Below, in pieces: positions 37,378 to 51,008 of a stretch of DNA of 64,000 nt. Origin of the DNA: Octopus sinensis (Eukaryota). The notes below the pieces were generated by a model. That model saw only the letters and a program-made list of their open reading frames with translations. It ran no database searches and was not told the DNA's origin. Each line of letters starts with the position of its first letter. Positions within the stretch are counted from its first letter, which is position 1. The stretch lies in assembly GCF_006345805.1 (NCBI RefSeq), contig NC_042998.1, positions 88,722,001-88,786,000 of the forward strand, in the 5' to 3' direction. The position numbers and the translations under genes are program-made.

Positions 37378-38645
37378 TGAAGGTGTAGGTAGAAACTCTA
37401 TAAGATGTACCCAGTGTAAGCTATGGACACATAAGATGTGCAGCAACATCAAAGGAAAATTAACCAAGAAGATAGCTTTCGTGTGCGGCTGATGCACAGG
37501 GGCAATAGACACCACAGATACTCAGAAAACAGATTCCATCACACTCCAGGGGGAGAAACTAGAAGTAGTTGATAGTTTCTGCTACCTAGGTGACAAAGTT
37601 AGTAGTGGAGGTGGATGCTCAGAGAGTGTCACCACTAGAATATGAATAGCCTGGGCAAAGTTTAGAAAGCTTCTACCCCTACTGGTTGCAAAGGGTCTCT
37701 TGCTCAGAGTGAAAGGTAGATTGTATGATGCATGTGTGCAAACTGCCATGCTTCACTGTAGTGAAATATGGGCTGTGACTGCAGAGGACATGCGTAGGCT
37801 TGAAAGAAATGAAGCTAGAATGACCCGCTGGATGTGCAGTGTCAGTGTGCACACACGACAGAGTGTGAGCGCCCTGAGAGAAATGCTGGACATAAGAAGC
37901 ATTGGATGTGGTGTGCAAGAGAGACGTTTGTGCAGGTATGGTCATATACTACAGATGAATGAGGGGAGATGTGTGAAGAAGTGCCACTCCCAAAGAGTTG
38001 AAGGAATCCGGAGTAGAGGTAGACCCAGGAAGACATGCGATGAGGTGGTCAAGCATGACCTTCGAACGTTGGGCCTCACAGAGGCAATGACGAAAGCCCG
38101 AGATCTCTGGAGATATGCTGTGACTGCAAACACCCAACAAATGAAGTGAATTCATGGCTGTTTTCTGCACCAGCTTCACATAGCAGCCCCAGCCCATTTA
38201 GAGTGCCTTGGATCGCTGTGCTTACCTTGGATCATGGGGCGATCTGCTTTGCTTGAGGAGACCTGTTGAGTCAAGTACATCAACATCAAAATAAAAATCA
38301 AATGGAAATTGTAGTTGTGATACTTGTGCCAGTGGCACGTAAAAAGCACCATATGAACATGGCCGATGCCAGCGCCGCCTTGACTGGCTTCTGTGCCGGT
38401 GGCACGTAAAAAGCACCAACCGATCGTGGCCGTTGCCAGCCTCCCCTGGCACCTATACCAGTGGCATGTAAAAGGCACCCACTACACTCACAGAGTCATT
38501 GGCGTTATGAAGGGCATCCAGCTGTAGAAACACTACCAGATCAGACTGGAACCTGGTGCAGCCTCCTGGCTTCCCAGACTCCGGTCGAACTGTCCAACCC
38601 ATGCTAGCATGGAAAATGGACGTTAAACGATGATGATGATGATGA
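37378..38645 (+). mobile_element. 5'-truncated RTE LINE (copy 3, same subfamily as copy 2)
   Basis: GVGRNSIRCTQCKLWTHKMC...AVTANTQQMK* with premature stops, three 3'UTR modules and a (GAT)n tail. Confidence 0.93.
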
Positions 38646-38647
38646 TA

Positions 38648-39042
38648 TTCTCTCTTTTACTCTTTTCACTTTTACTTGTTTCAGCCATTTGACTGTGGCC
38701 ATGCTGGAGCACCGCCTTTAGTCGAGCAAATCAACCCCAGGTCCTTGTAAGCCTAGTACTTATCCTATTGGTCTTTTTTGCCGAACTGCTAGATTATGGG
38801 GACGTAAACACACCAGCATCGGTTGTCAAGTGATGTTGGGAAGATAAACACAGACATGCAAACGCACAAACATACATATACATATATACCACGGGCTTCT
38901 TTCAGTTTCCGTCTACCATATCCACTCAAGGCTTTGGTTGGTCCGCGGCTATAGTAGAAGACACTTGCTCAAGATGCAATGCAGTGGGACTGAACCCGTG
39001 GTTGGTAAGCAAGCTACTTACCACACAGCCACTCCTGTACCT
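38648..39042 (-). mobile_element. tRNA-derived SINE (CORE-like)
   Basis: Minus-strand head caggagtggctgtgtggtaagtagcttgcttaccaacc...ttcagtcccactgc and tail (agtaaaag)n. Related copies near 50150-50300, 51580-51700 and 55060-55400. Confidence 0.8.
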
Positions 39043-39062
39043 ATATATATATATATATATAT

Positions 39063-40265
39063 ATGTGTGTTCATAGAGGTGGCTCCATTAGCCACTACTG
39101 CCTGACTCCTATCTTTCAGAAAGTCATGTATCCACTCTCCAAGTTTTCCAGCTATGCCAAGGTCACGCAGTTTGTGGCATATCATACCATGATCCACCTT
39201 GTCAAAAGCTTTTGCAAAATCAAGGTACCTTATATGTCCACATTTGATTTGTTGAGTAACTGCCTCAACACCCAGTCATAATGTTGTAAGAGCTGGGTCA
39301 GGCAGCTCCTACCTGGTCGAAAACCATGCTGGGTATCACTCAGCAAGTTATTTTCTTCAAGGAATACGATTAGTTTCCCTCTGACTGTCCGTTCCATGAC
39401 TTTGCTGATGTGTGAAGTCAGAGAGATAGGCCTATAGTTTTTGGCATCTGCCCTACTTCCCCTTTTATGTATTGAGCATATTATTCCCCTCCTTCAGCGT
39501 GCTTGGCAGTTTGCCATTTGTAAGAAAGCTCTGGAAGAGTATCTGGAGGGATTTTGCCAGGGCATGCTTACACGATTTGAGGAGGATTGCTGGGAAACCA
39601 TTAGGACCAGCAGTTGAGTTTGTGTCCACTTCATTTATGGCTAGTAGTATATCTTCTTCACTAATGTCAATGTATTCCATTGTAACTGCCTCACTGGTTA
39701 TAGGTGAGGCGGCAAAGAAGTCCACTGGTTCATTCACTTGTCTGTGCTCCACTTCTGATCTGATCATTCAGTATCTCACTGATCTTAGATGGACTGTCTG
39801 TGAGGGAGCCATCCTTTTGGAGGAGTGGTCCTATCTTGTAGTGTACTGAGGCTGTTTCTTTCGCATAATGAAAGAAGGATTGTTGCAGCCTTTTTCGATC
39901 TCTATCAGTGTTGTTTTTAGGTGGGACGTCTCGCTACTTTTGGGATATTGGTTGAGTCAATTTGCAACTTTCGTCTGTCGTCTCATGAGGATCTTCCTCT
40001 CCCTTGGAATCTTGCTCCTATTTGTTTTGGTCCTGTGCTCTGGGACATATTTCTGGCATATGGCTTGCACAGAAGACATGAAACATTCTAGTTTCATGTC
40101 AATGTCTGGTGTGGAGAGACATTTCGGCCAGTCCTCTCTGAGGATCTCTTTTTTGGATCGATTTCCAATCTGCTTTGTGGAAGTTCAGATTGAGAGATTT
40201 CAGGTGCTTCCTTTAGGCTGTATGTCTCTGGTTACTTTCGGCCCAAACATAGACAGCTCTATTAT
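39063..40265 (-). mobile_element. CR1/L2-group LINE ORF2 fragment
   Basis: Reads AGPNGFPAILLKSC, NYRPISLTSHISKVMER, QHGFRPGRSCLTQLL and LDFAKAFDKVDHG...WIHDFLKDRSQAVV. Cut at a (TA)n tract. Confidence 0.85.
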
Positions 40266-40267
40266 GT

Positions 40268-40500
40268 TTTTATGCGATGTTTTCTCAGTTCTGCTGGTTG
40301 CAGGTCTCCCAGAGTGTTCCTCACTATTGACATTTTCTTGGCCATCTGGGAATGTCTGAACCACTTGCACACTTGTGTGCAGCTCATACACTCCTCTCCA
40401 TACACTTTTTGCAACTTTGTGGAGACCTCTGAGCAGGTATTGCCATGACAATTTTCTCTGTCATGGTCAATTCAACAATCACATGCTACACACCTTCCTT
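40268..40500 (-). mobile_element. Mariner transposase N-terminal (HTH) fragment
   Basis: FPDGQENVNSEEHSGRPATSRTE fits the mariner F..G...v.d..RSGRP.TS motif. Confidence 0.6.
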
Positions 40501-40914
40501 CCAAGCACTGCTGTACACAGTGGAAGTGAATGAGAATGTTTAAACTTTGTGCACCTGCACAACAGAGTTTCTAACAGGTTGAGTGACCACATAGAGCAGT
40601 GCTTCTCAAAGTGTCCAGTATCACTCCCTGGGTGGCAGTGGATAATTTTGCTTGTGTACTGGAGACAATGAGGATGATTAGGAACAATTGAGGCATCTTT
40701 ATAGTTTTGTAGCCTTTTTTTTTCTCTTAAATATTAACTTTAAAAAAATGTCTAATATTTTGTTAGACTACTTGTTAGCCACAAGCACACCAATGACCAT
40801 AACAACAGTAATAGCATCAACAATAGTAACAGATTTGAAAATGTGAATAAGTAAAAACAAAACCACTCATGCATGTAAATTATATGCAATAAACAAAAAT
40901 ATAATTCAAAACAC

Positions 40915-41190
40915 GTATCATCATCATCATCATCATCATTTAACATTTGCCTTCCATGCTAGCATGGGTGGGATGGTCTTACAAGAGCTGGCCAGGCCAG
41001 GCCTGCACCAGACTTCTGTGACTGTTTTGGCAGGATTTTTGCTGCTGGATGCCCTTCCCTAACACCAACCACTCAGCAGAGTGGACATGATGCTTTTTAC
41101 ATAGCACAAGCACAAGTGAGGTCAGTTTTGGCAAGGTTTTTACAACTGTATGCCCTTCCGAACACCAACCACTTTACAGTGTGGACTGGG
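40915..41190 (-). mobile_element. RTE 3' end with an internal duplication of the ggatgcccttcc...ccaaccact block
   Basis: (CAT)n tail and ccatgctagcatgg. The block is repeated at about 41025-41095 and 41125-41195. Confidence 0.75.
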
Positions 41191-42292
41191 TGCTATATAT
41201 TTTTTACTAATAATTTTTGATGTTCCATATATTGGAGAAATGACTTATGTGCAAGTTCTTTTATTGGTGACCAATCTGTTAGCAAGAATTTGTTGTGTAT
41301 TTGATTTTGTTTTGTTGAATTGTAGCAAAAGGGTGTTGAAAAAATTTTAGTAAAGGAAAGGGAAGAATAGTTAAGAAAAAGAGTTTGTGAAGCACTAGTA
41401 TAAAGGATTCCATGCACTTGAATTGGCTTATCTCCCTATGATCCAACAATGAACCCTCTATGCAGTTTCACTATCAGTTAGAAGTTACATTTGAATATCC
41501 CTACTGTCTTAAAAAAGGCAAGACCACTTCTGTTTTTACCTTGGACATTTTCAATGTCTTTGACCACCAGGACAGCTTCTGTTGATCTATATTTACTGGG
41601 GGCTGATTCTCTATAGCATTAATCAATTTTACTTACTTTTTGAGAAGTTAAATAGAATTATTGTTTTATTTGGGAAAAAAATGATTTTGAGAAGTCCATG
41701 AAAAATGGGTCTTCTAGGTGATTTTTCAATTTGCTAAATTTTTTTCTTAAATCTCATCCAACTGTCTTAAAAAAAGGAAAATACTTTGGATAATTGAGTC
41801 CTAGGTACCATATCTAAATACAAGACAAAGTGGCCAAGATTGGAACACCTTTCATCAACCAAGGATGGTTTGGAGATAGACAACATTAGGAGAATCATTG
41901 ATTGTTTCTAAATGAAAACTTCTAAGTGAAGTTGCTTATCTATCACTGCTGCTGATCTATTATCATGTGTATCAGTAATTTTTTGTCACAGTTCCCTGTT
42001 GAGTTGATAGGGACTCTACTTGATTCATATTCTGTTGACTTAGCCGTGCATTCATCAATCCTCCCTACCATGACATACTTCTTGTTACTTATAGTCAATC
42101 ATATTCCTCTACGGATGATTCATTTTTTCTCTCTTACTTAATTCTCTGTGCATGTATATTATCCAGACATTACCTACACATCTTGTGCCAGACTTACACT
42201 GCTCAAATGAACAGGAACTGTGAAGGATTCTCTATAGAGGGCATGATTATTTTGTCTCCTTCAATGGTACCAACAATCAGTCATTGCATATA

Positions 42293-43091
42293 CAGGGTGT
42301 TTGAGCTAAATTTGATGGGGTTTTTTTATGTCTCTTTTTTTTTCAGAAACAGCTTGATGTCAACAGTGTTGGAGAGCAGAAAGATTAAAGGTGTGGTTGA
42401 GAAAAATTTAGCTGACATGGAGGACTGGAAGCTTTTCAAATATTGGAAAATAGTTACTTGGGTATTAAAATGCTGACACCATGACTGTGAATCTGTGGCC
42501 AGCAGGAAGGGATACAGTGGGCATTCTGACTGCACCTGCACACTGGAATTCATCCTCACATCTTTGAACAGGGCCTTAGACTCAATTCAGAAAACTGTGT
42601 AAAGTTGTTGGAGACTGTGGTCAATCTTGGCTGGAGAGGCTTGCTGCTGGAAGGTCACATGTGTGGCAGCAGGATTTGGCTACTTGCCATATCTCTGGAA
42701 AGAGTCAGACATGGTCGTCTGAGAATTTTTATGACTTCACCAGCTCCAATTTCTGGTCTCTTAATTTCCCCAATTGTAATCCTATGGATTACTATGTCTG
42801 AGGTACAGTTGAGAAAGACATCAAACCACTCTGCCTGCAACACCAAGGCCAAACTAGTGGCCAAGATCAAGGCGGTATGTGAAGATCTTCCCAGGAACAT
42901 AATGAGAAATGCATGCACCTGGTTCTGGAGTTGTGGAAGCTGAAGATGGTTACTTCAAATAAACTGTTATCTCCCAGCCATAATCTAGTTGATATTTTTG
43001 ATTTTTTTTTTAAATACTTTTATTTTTGAATGGGGTATTGTGTTTTTTTTTTCTTTTTATGCAAACTGTCAAATTTTGTGCAACCATCTTG
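42293..43091 (+). mobile_element. Internally deleted maT (DD37D) DNA transposon
   Basis: TA-flanked imperfect TIRs (cagggtgtttgagctaaatttga versus rc caagatggttgcacaaaatttga). QQD-x37-D in VWQQDLATCH...NCNPMDYYV. Confidence 0.8.
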
Positions 43092-43239
43092 TATCAAAAA
43101 CACTGTATTGCAATGCTACTCTTCCCTATTTATGAGCAACATACGGCTAAAATGTTGCAGTTCACAACCACTACAACGTAATGATACATCCATCTCTAGA
43201 AGCTGCAACTTCTATGAATAATTACAGACCATCTACAAG

Positions 43240-43590
43240 GTACAAGGGCAGTTCATAATGAAGCACTCATCAAATATTTGGAACCTTGCTGCTGCTACAC
43301 AGTGAAACATTTTAGAGCACATCTGCTTGATTGGCAAAACTTTCACTAACTTCTATTGGTTATGACCACTAGAACACAAATGCACTCTTTCTCTCCATTA
43401 TCTCTCCTACTGCCATACCATGTTTTATGTTCCTTTAAGCTATTGCACTACCTTCCGCACCCACCAAGATCCCTCTAATGCACCAATATTTCCCCTCTCA
43501 TCATCAGTACTGTTTAATTTTCCAAACACTATTTAAGTCTTCCTTCCCAGAATTGCAATCTTCTGGAACTCCTCTTTCATCTTTATATAC
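43240..43590 (+). mobile_element. Highly decayed CR1/L2 3' ORF remnant
   Basis: tcttccttcccagaattgcaatcttctggaactcc resembles the SFFPR...WNSLP terminal motif. Confidence 0.35.
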
Positions 43591-46500
43591 TTGTTAGCAC
43601 CTCAGTAAAAATACACACACATACATGACATTTCCTAATGCATATTAAGCATTGAGATATCACATGAAATTTATCTGTGGTAATGAAGATGAGAAATTAT
43701 TTCAGCTTATCCAGTTTAACTCAGCATTTAGTTTGTTTTAAGTAATAACCTTCAGATGGTCATAAAGCACCGCATTGTGTGTTCATATATACAAATGTGT
43801 GTATGTTCACATATACATGTGTGTGTGTGAGTGTGAGTGTGTTTGTGTGCTCTCAGTTACCCACCCCTACTACAGATGTATATACAAACTCTTAAATATT
43901 GCAGATACTAACTTTAATTATAAGGGAATTATATGATGAATAGACTTTGTGTGTGTGTGTGTACATGTATGCACATACACATGCATACATATATATGTGT
44001 GTGTGTGTGTGTTTATGTACGTATGTATATAGATTTATGTGCCTGCATATATATGCGTGTATATATATATCTATATACATAGTTGTGTATGTGTGTTATA
44101 AAACTTTTTATAAGGTTATGATGTATCTTCTAGCATTGTGTTCTTCTTTTGTCTCTAAAACCCTTTGGATGAATGATAAAGAAAAGCATGTTTAGTTGTT
44201 TTTTCATGCTGTTGGTGAGAAAAAAAACAAACACCTGTTTTGGATTTTTTCATTTGGAAGCTCTTTGTCTTACACCCACAGCAGACGATGAGCCATTCTA
44301 TCAGCTGTGGAACCCAGCTGACACCCTAGGAGAGGGGGTTAATAGGTAAAACACATCTTTATTACACCTGATAATCCACTCCTTTTCATTGTCAATTAAA
44401 ATCAAATTAGCACAAAGAGTAGGGGCTTTCTTTTTATTTTATTTTTTTTATTACAATATTCGAAAGAAAAGTCATAGCTTGTGAAAAGGTTTGATCCTTA
44501 CCACAAACAACAGATGATACCATCTGCCAGAGGTTGTTTTTGTTTAGCTTTGGCGTTTATATTCAGTATTGGCAAACATGTGATTTCCATGGCTTTCTTC
44601 TTGATTTATCCTATGTGCCATTGGTTACTGCATTCATTTTCTACCTACCTTATGAATAATTAAGAAGCTTTGTATCTATAGACAGCTTATGTTAATGGGA
44701 TTGTGGGGTTTTTATAGGTAACTGTGTAAATGAAACTATTCATTTAGTTACTAGGTTTGTCTACAGAGACAACAACAGCTTTGCTGTGAATGAGCTACTG
44801 CGATGTTGCATTTAATATTGCAAAGAAATGCTTTGCTGATATATTGTTGTTACGCTATTTTATCCAGCAGTGCTCATAAGTAGTGTGTAGTCTTTCATCC
44901 ATGTGTCTCTATTACTAGTTAATAACTTAGAAACATACTATTAATATTTTGAAATATTCTAGGTCTCTTTATGAAACTGAAGAACCACATGCACTGGAAA
45001 GTTACAGAACTTACAATGCTCATTCTGCATTAACCTTGCCATTTTTAAAAACTAATTTAAACTTTAATAATTATACTATGTTGATGTTATGCAAATCTGA
45101 CATATTCATGTACACTTAAGAAATTATACGTTTTATACAAATTATAGCAGAATAAGCTTTACTTACCAGTTTGAATTTCTTGGTTAAATTTATTGAATCT
45201 CCATTTCTCCATGTAATATATATCTCTACAAAGATTGCTTAAATTGAGAGATGAAACAAGGCTATATCTTTCCTTTTGTCTTAAATTCCATGAAAGCATC
45301 TTTGTATGTTAATTTCTTTTATTTGTTGTACAAGCAATTACTTTCCATTTTGAATCCTTAGTCTGATATTTGTCTTCATTTGCTTTCCTTTTTATCAATG
45401 TGTTAAATCTTCCATTTTGTTTAATTTGAAAATTAGCTTTATTTTGGTGAAATAATTTTAGGTAATATTTTTATTTAATAGTTTGGTGTTGTTGGTTAAA
45501 AGTTGTTTTTAACTTTGTATAAACTATAAAATATAACTTCTTTTTCAGCAGACAACTTAATTTCTTAGTCACTAGGTAAAGAAACAGACAGATGCTGTTG
45601 TTTCAAACTTCTTCACCAGAATGGCTTCTTTGTGGATTGCCACTTGTTCTCAGTAAAGTTATGGAAGGCAGATGGTGTAAAAAATATTGTGTAATTGTTG
45701 AATAAAGTGTTTTATTTCAATGCAGGAACAATGTGAAAAGTTGAGCAGATTTTGTTGTAACAGTATTCATGTATTGTTTCTCAATTTTGCTCCTGTAGCC
45801 AATTTTCTCCCTCCTCAAAATGCATTAGAACCCACCTGCTCATAGCATCATAAGGTCTGGAAATCTTTGTCTATTATGCATATGACAATAAGGTGGATTT
45901 ACAAAGTATTGTTCTCAAGAAATTTGCATAATAAGAGCTATCGAACAGGGGCTTCGAGTATGTTGGCCTACCCTTTGCATGAAAAGGCAGCTTTTCTAGT
46001 GTTTTTGTTTCGTTTTTCTCAGATTAACCAAAGCCTAGCTCAAAACTCAACAACAAAATTAATAAAACAAAAAGCATACAAGAATAAAGACTTAAACACC
46101 TCAGTGGCCTATTTGCTTAATTTCTTCTGAATAAACTTTTTCTTCCACTTTTTTAGATTTGTTTATTCATCACTTATCTTTACTGTTGCCATATAGCCAA
46201 CCTTATATGACTGTATTTGAAAAACCATGATGGCAGTAACAGAGCTTATTTGCTGAAAGTTTTCAAAAATTTATATCCATACACTGTTAGTATTTGACTT
46301 GAAATTATATGCAATCTTCTGCAATTCAGCTATATCATTTAATAAGATAGTCTTCAGTTTTACTGCCTTTTCTTTCATCAAAACGAATGAGAAAATGCTA
46401 TTAGGAATTTTGTCCTGTACATTTAATATTCTAATAGCTTAAAACAATACACAAAGGGGTTTTTACTTTGTATTTGGTTTCAATATAAATCAATTTAGAC

Positions 46501-47561
46501 CCTTGTACAAACTCTTGACATCCAGTATCTCTTGGTCAGATATCTTTCCTAAATAAACATGGTGCTTTTATTTTTTTCTCAATGTGTCAAAATAAAGCAA
46601 ACTATCTTTTAATTTCAGAGAAACATTGTTAATATCTTGCAGTATTGAAACTCATAACCACTCAATCAACCAGAACTTTCATGTTTAAATTGGCATGTCT
46701 TCAACTATTGCTTCAATAAAATGAACTCAGAATAATATCTGCTTTTACATTTTGTCTATTTTGTTTCTAAACATTTTATATGAATTATATTAGTTACATA
46801 ACTTTGATCAGTCTTGTGTTCTTTGATTGTCTCCCTTGATATTTTTTTCTTCTGCCATTGTCATATTACATCTCAGCTGCTTTAAAAGTATTTAAAAAGA
46901 TTCTTTTGTCTTCTTGGAGGCCATCTGTTGTTGACTTGCATGCACTAATGTCTGCTGTTTAGAACTTAGTGAGTTAATTACTCTTAGCCTTTTAAATGCA
47001 ACAACTTAAACAAGATAACATAAGAGAAAGCTTGTCAAACCTTTTGTTGAATTAGATTAAAAAGCAGGTGATGGAATGACCCATGAGATTAGTGTTATTG
47101 CTTTATTGCCCTCAGTTATCACCTTTCTGGAATGCATAAATGATTTCTTATATGAAGCTTCAGCATTCTGAGAAAGAGATATTAGAAGTCATGATGTTCA
47201 TGTGTTCTCCAGATCTGTCTGTTATTTTTCTTTCATTCATAAATTGTCTTGCTATCATTTAAAAGTAGTAAATGACATTCTAATTCAACTAGATTTACAT
47301 CGAGTTTATCTTTTGTTTGTAAACTTTTGTAATATATCACTCTTAAACAGTGGAAATATAAATGTATATAAAAATTTATATTCCATATTTTGATATTAAT
47401 ATACCTACTTTTAATATGTTAGATTTGTTAAAGAAAGTTTTAGAATTAACCATTTCTTTTTTACTTACAGTAGATATTTTCAGTTGGATAACTCCAAATA
47501 CACCTCAAATTTATTTGTCTTATTCAGAGCATTTCTTACTGTTTTGCTTTTGGAAATTTTA

Positions 47562-47865
47562 GAATTTCTGTATTTTGGGGATGAGAAATTATGTACATTA
47601 TTTACAATGGATGGGTAGGTGTGCTCACCTTGTTTGTTGTTAGCACAATATTTTAGCTGATGTACTCTCCAGTCTTCATCAGGTGTTCTGATCGGCTGTC
47701 ATCAGCAACATACCTTAGGAATGAGAACAGTGTAATCTGTTAGTCAAATAGAAGATTAGGTTCAAAATTCCACCAGAACACTGGAGAGTACAACAGCTGA
47801 AACATTATGATGACAACAAACAAAGTGAGGACACCTACCCGTCTATTGTAAATAATTTAAAATTT
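47562..47865. mobile_element. Foldback element (arms about 47588-47690 and 47774-47863) with a degenerate hammerhead-like core; probable Penelope-derived inverted pLTR
   Basis: Arms are reverse complements. The minus strand of the left arm has CTGATGA, and the right arm retains GAAAC at the equivalent spacing. Confidence 0.55.
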
Positions 47866-47917
47866 CCATTTGGAGTTTTAGTTGAGGATTCATTTATTAT
47901 TTATGTTTATTTGAAAT

Positions 47918-48210
47918 GTGAAGACACATGGCCTAGTGGTTAGGGTGTTGCACTTGCTATCATAAGATTGTGGTTTCAATTCCTAGACTGATGATATATT
48001 GTGTTCTTTAGCAAAATACCTTATTTTACATTGCTCAAGTCCACTCAGTTGTAAATAGATAACTCCACAACTGAGTGGTGTCCCATTCAGTAGAGAATGT
48101 TGGCCTACCCCACCTAACCTGCAGAGTGGCATCATTTGAAAGCTACAACAATGCAAGGAAGCACATTGTGATGAGCAGTATATAACCACATCTGATATTC
48201 TGGATGATAT
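47918..48210 (+). mobile_element. tRNA-derived SINE
   Basis: Head gacacatggcctagtggttagggtgttg...gtggtttcaattcctagac, same family as 12980-13225. Confidence 0.7.
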
Positions 48211-49772
48211 GATGATATTTGAAACAGTCACAAAGTCTGTTTTTGAATCATTTTCTAGTTATCTTTCCTTTCTGATAAAACTACTTCAACATTTCCATTT
48301 CCATCAAGTTTAGAAAAACATACTTCATAACTTGAAATGTGTTTAGTTGCTTGGTCCAACAGGAAGGGAGTGAGCCTTTGGCCTTTGCAGATCCTCCTAG
48401 ATGAGTTAGATTGATGCCATTAATGTCCTTAAACTTTTGTAAATCAACACTTGCGGAAAAAAATATGAGAAGGAAGGGAATAATTTGTGTGGCACTTAGA
48501 TTCCTTTGATAACATAGGTGTTGAGAGCAGGAGAGATAAGTGGATCAGGAGTATTTGAGCGGAGGTAATATAAGCCTAGCGAGCTCCAAGGGGGCAGAGG
48601 CTCCTATAGTAACAGTAGAAAAAGCAGAGAGGAGACAGCATGCCCATTGCTGGTGACTGGAATATCTCTGTTAGTGATTTTATGCCATCTATGATGGGTA
48701 GCCCTTTTCTAGATGCAGTCTAGGATGCCTGTCTGTATGTACAGCAGTAGTACCATCCCAGATGTGAAAGCAATACACCATTGGGGGCCCTCAGTTCGAA
48801 TTTGTAGAATATCAATAATTGTTGGGGACTGAAGTATCTTCTGGCCTTATATAGAAGGGACAGTCTTTGGGATGTAGTCCTAGCTATATTAAGGATGTTT
48901 CACATTGAAGATAGATTCAGTGCTGTTTTGTGAATGTGCATATTGTTTCTAATTTGCAAAACTCTAGTAGTTTTGATTCAGTGAACTTGCTTGTACGGCT
49001 TATCAAGTAAACTGACCTTTTAGATTCAACTTGCCTAAGACTCATTCTGGCTCTGTGATAGAAATTTTTGTTTAAAGTGATCTGAATTAAAATCTTCCAT
49101 CAAAATTTCATGCTAATTGAAGATCTGAACTCTAGCTTAATAATGATAAAGTTATTTTACTAACTTCTTAGTTATATTAAAAGTTAATTGAATCATAGGC
49201 AGTGTATTTCAATGGAAATATGGTAACAAAAGAGTTAATAAGGTTGTATTAGTTGTCATTCTTAGAGTTTCTGTTTGAATATGATATTGTGGAAGATTTT
49301 GAGTTTATTTCATGGTAACCATGAGTGAAACATTAAAACCAACAGATTGAAATCTGTTTCTGTAAATATGATTGTCTAGAAGAATGTTGCACTTTTGACA
49401 ACTAATTTATAGTGAAACAGTAATTTTGTTTCATAACTAGCAAATTTACTACACAACTCGTTTATGCACAGATAGAATGTAATAAAATAGTTTAATAACA
49501 ACTGGGAAAAAATAAAGAGGCATAATCTAATAGCAGCAATTGACTGAAGTTCAGAAACCATTGAATGATTTCAAATATGTATGAGAGTGTTTATATAAAA
49601 GAATTAAATCAATTACTTGCAGTGAAACATATTGAAGTGATTAATAAAGAAAAGGGTTAAATGCAGTGAATGGATACAAAATACATTCTGTTGGTAACTG
49701 GATTAAGTCAATCCAATCAATTTCTGTTTTAATAAATTAGCTATGTAGCTGATAAGCTAATAGAGAAGTGAA

Positions 49773-49829
49773 AATAGTTTTAGGAATTTCCAAAAGTACA
49801 ATAGTTTTAGGAATTTCCAAAAGTACAAT
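49773..49829. repeat. 27-bp perfect tandem duplication
   Basis: aatagttttaggaatttccaaaagtac occurs twice in succession. Confidence 0.9.
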
Positions 49830-50115
49830 TGGAATAAAATAACTGTGTCAGTAGTGTGACATAATTTCTGAATACAAATACTTCTAACTTTACCATTTAT
49901 CATTTTCAATTTAGAAAAGAATTTATTAAAATTAATTTGTCTTGCAACTTATCAAAAGACATCAAGAGTAAGACATTCATTCTCTTAAAGTAAAACAAAT
50001 TTATATAGTGATCTTATATTGATTGTTCTTCAGGGATTTCCACATCTGAAAATGGTAAACAAATTTAATTTATAGATGTTAAAGTCCTGCATTTTAAATT
50101 ATATGCAGTTAAAAG

Positions 50116-50147
<32 letters not shown>

Positions 50148-50309
50148 TATCAGAAGTGCCTGTGTGGTAACTAGCTTGCTTACCAACCACATAGTTCTGG
50201 GTTCAGTTTCACTGTGTAGCACCTTGGGCACTATAACCTTAGGCTGATCAAAGCCTTATGAGTGGATTTGGTAGATTGAAACTGAGAGAATCCTGTCATA
50301 TATACATAT

Positions 50310-51000
50310 ATCATCATCATCATTTAATGTCCGCTTTCCATGCTAGCATGGGTTGGATGATTTGTGCACCAGGCTCCAATCTTGATCTGGTGGAGTTTCT
50401 ACACCTGGATGCCCTTCCTAATGCCAACCACTCCGAGATCGTAGTGGGTGCTTTTATGTGCCACCGGCACAAGGGCCAGTCAGGCAGTACTGGCAACGGC
50501 CTCACTCAAATGGTGTTTTTTACGTGTCACCTGCACAGGAGCCAGTCCAGCGGCACTGGCAATGACCTCGTTTGAATGTTTTTTCATGTGCCACCAGCAC
50601 AAGTGCCAGTAACGTGACACTGGTAATGATCATGCTCAAATGGTGCTTTTTATGTGCCACCGGCACGGGAGCCAGTTAGCTGCTCTGGCAACGATCACGC
50701 TTGGATGGTGCTCTTAGCGCTTCACTAGCACAGATGCCAGTCATCGAATTTGATTTCGATTTCAATTTCACTTGCCTCAACAGGTCTTCGCAAGCAGAGT
50801 TTAGTGTCCAATGAAGGAACAGTACATATAAGTGGGCTGGTTACACCCCTGGCATAGGCCACAAGGTTATGGTCTCACTTGGCTTGCCAAGTCTTCTCAA
50901 GCACAGCATATTTCCAAAAGTCTCGGTCACTAGTCATTGCCTCAGTGAGGCCTAATGTTCGAAGGTCATGCTTCACCACTTCATCCCAGGTCTTCCACAG
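50310..51000 (-). mobile_element. RTE 3' fragment (copy 4) with five 3'UTR modules
   Basis: ORF end ([17 protein letters not shown]), the 3'UTR module array at 50447-50735 and a (CAT)n tail. Confidence 0.9.
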
Positions 51001-51008
51001 AAATTGAT

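Noticed and set aside
50447-50735. Repeat-spacer array superficially like CRISPR (25-nt conserved motif, ~40-nt variable part)
   Set aside because: Eukaryotic LINE 3'UTR context, no cas genes, and the variable parts are homologous to one another. Reported instead as structured RNA modules.
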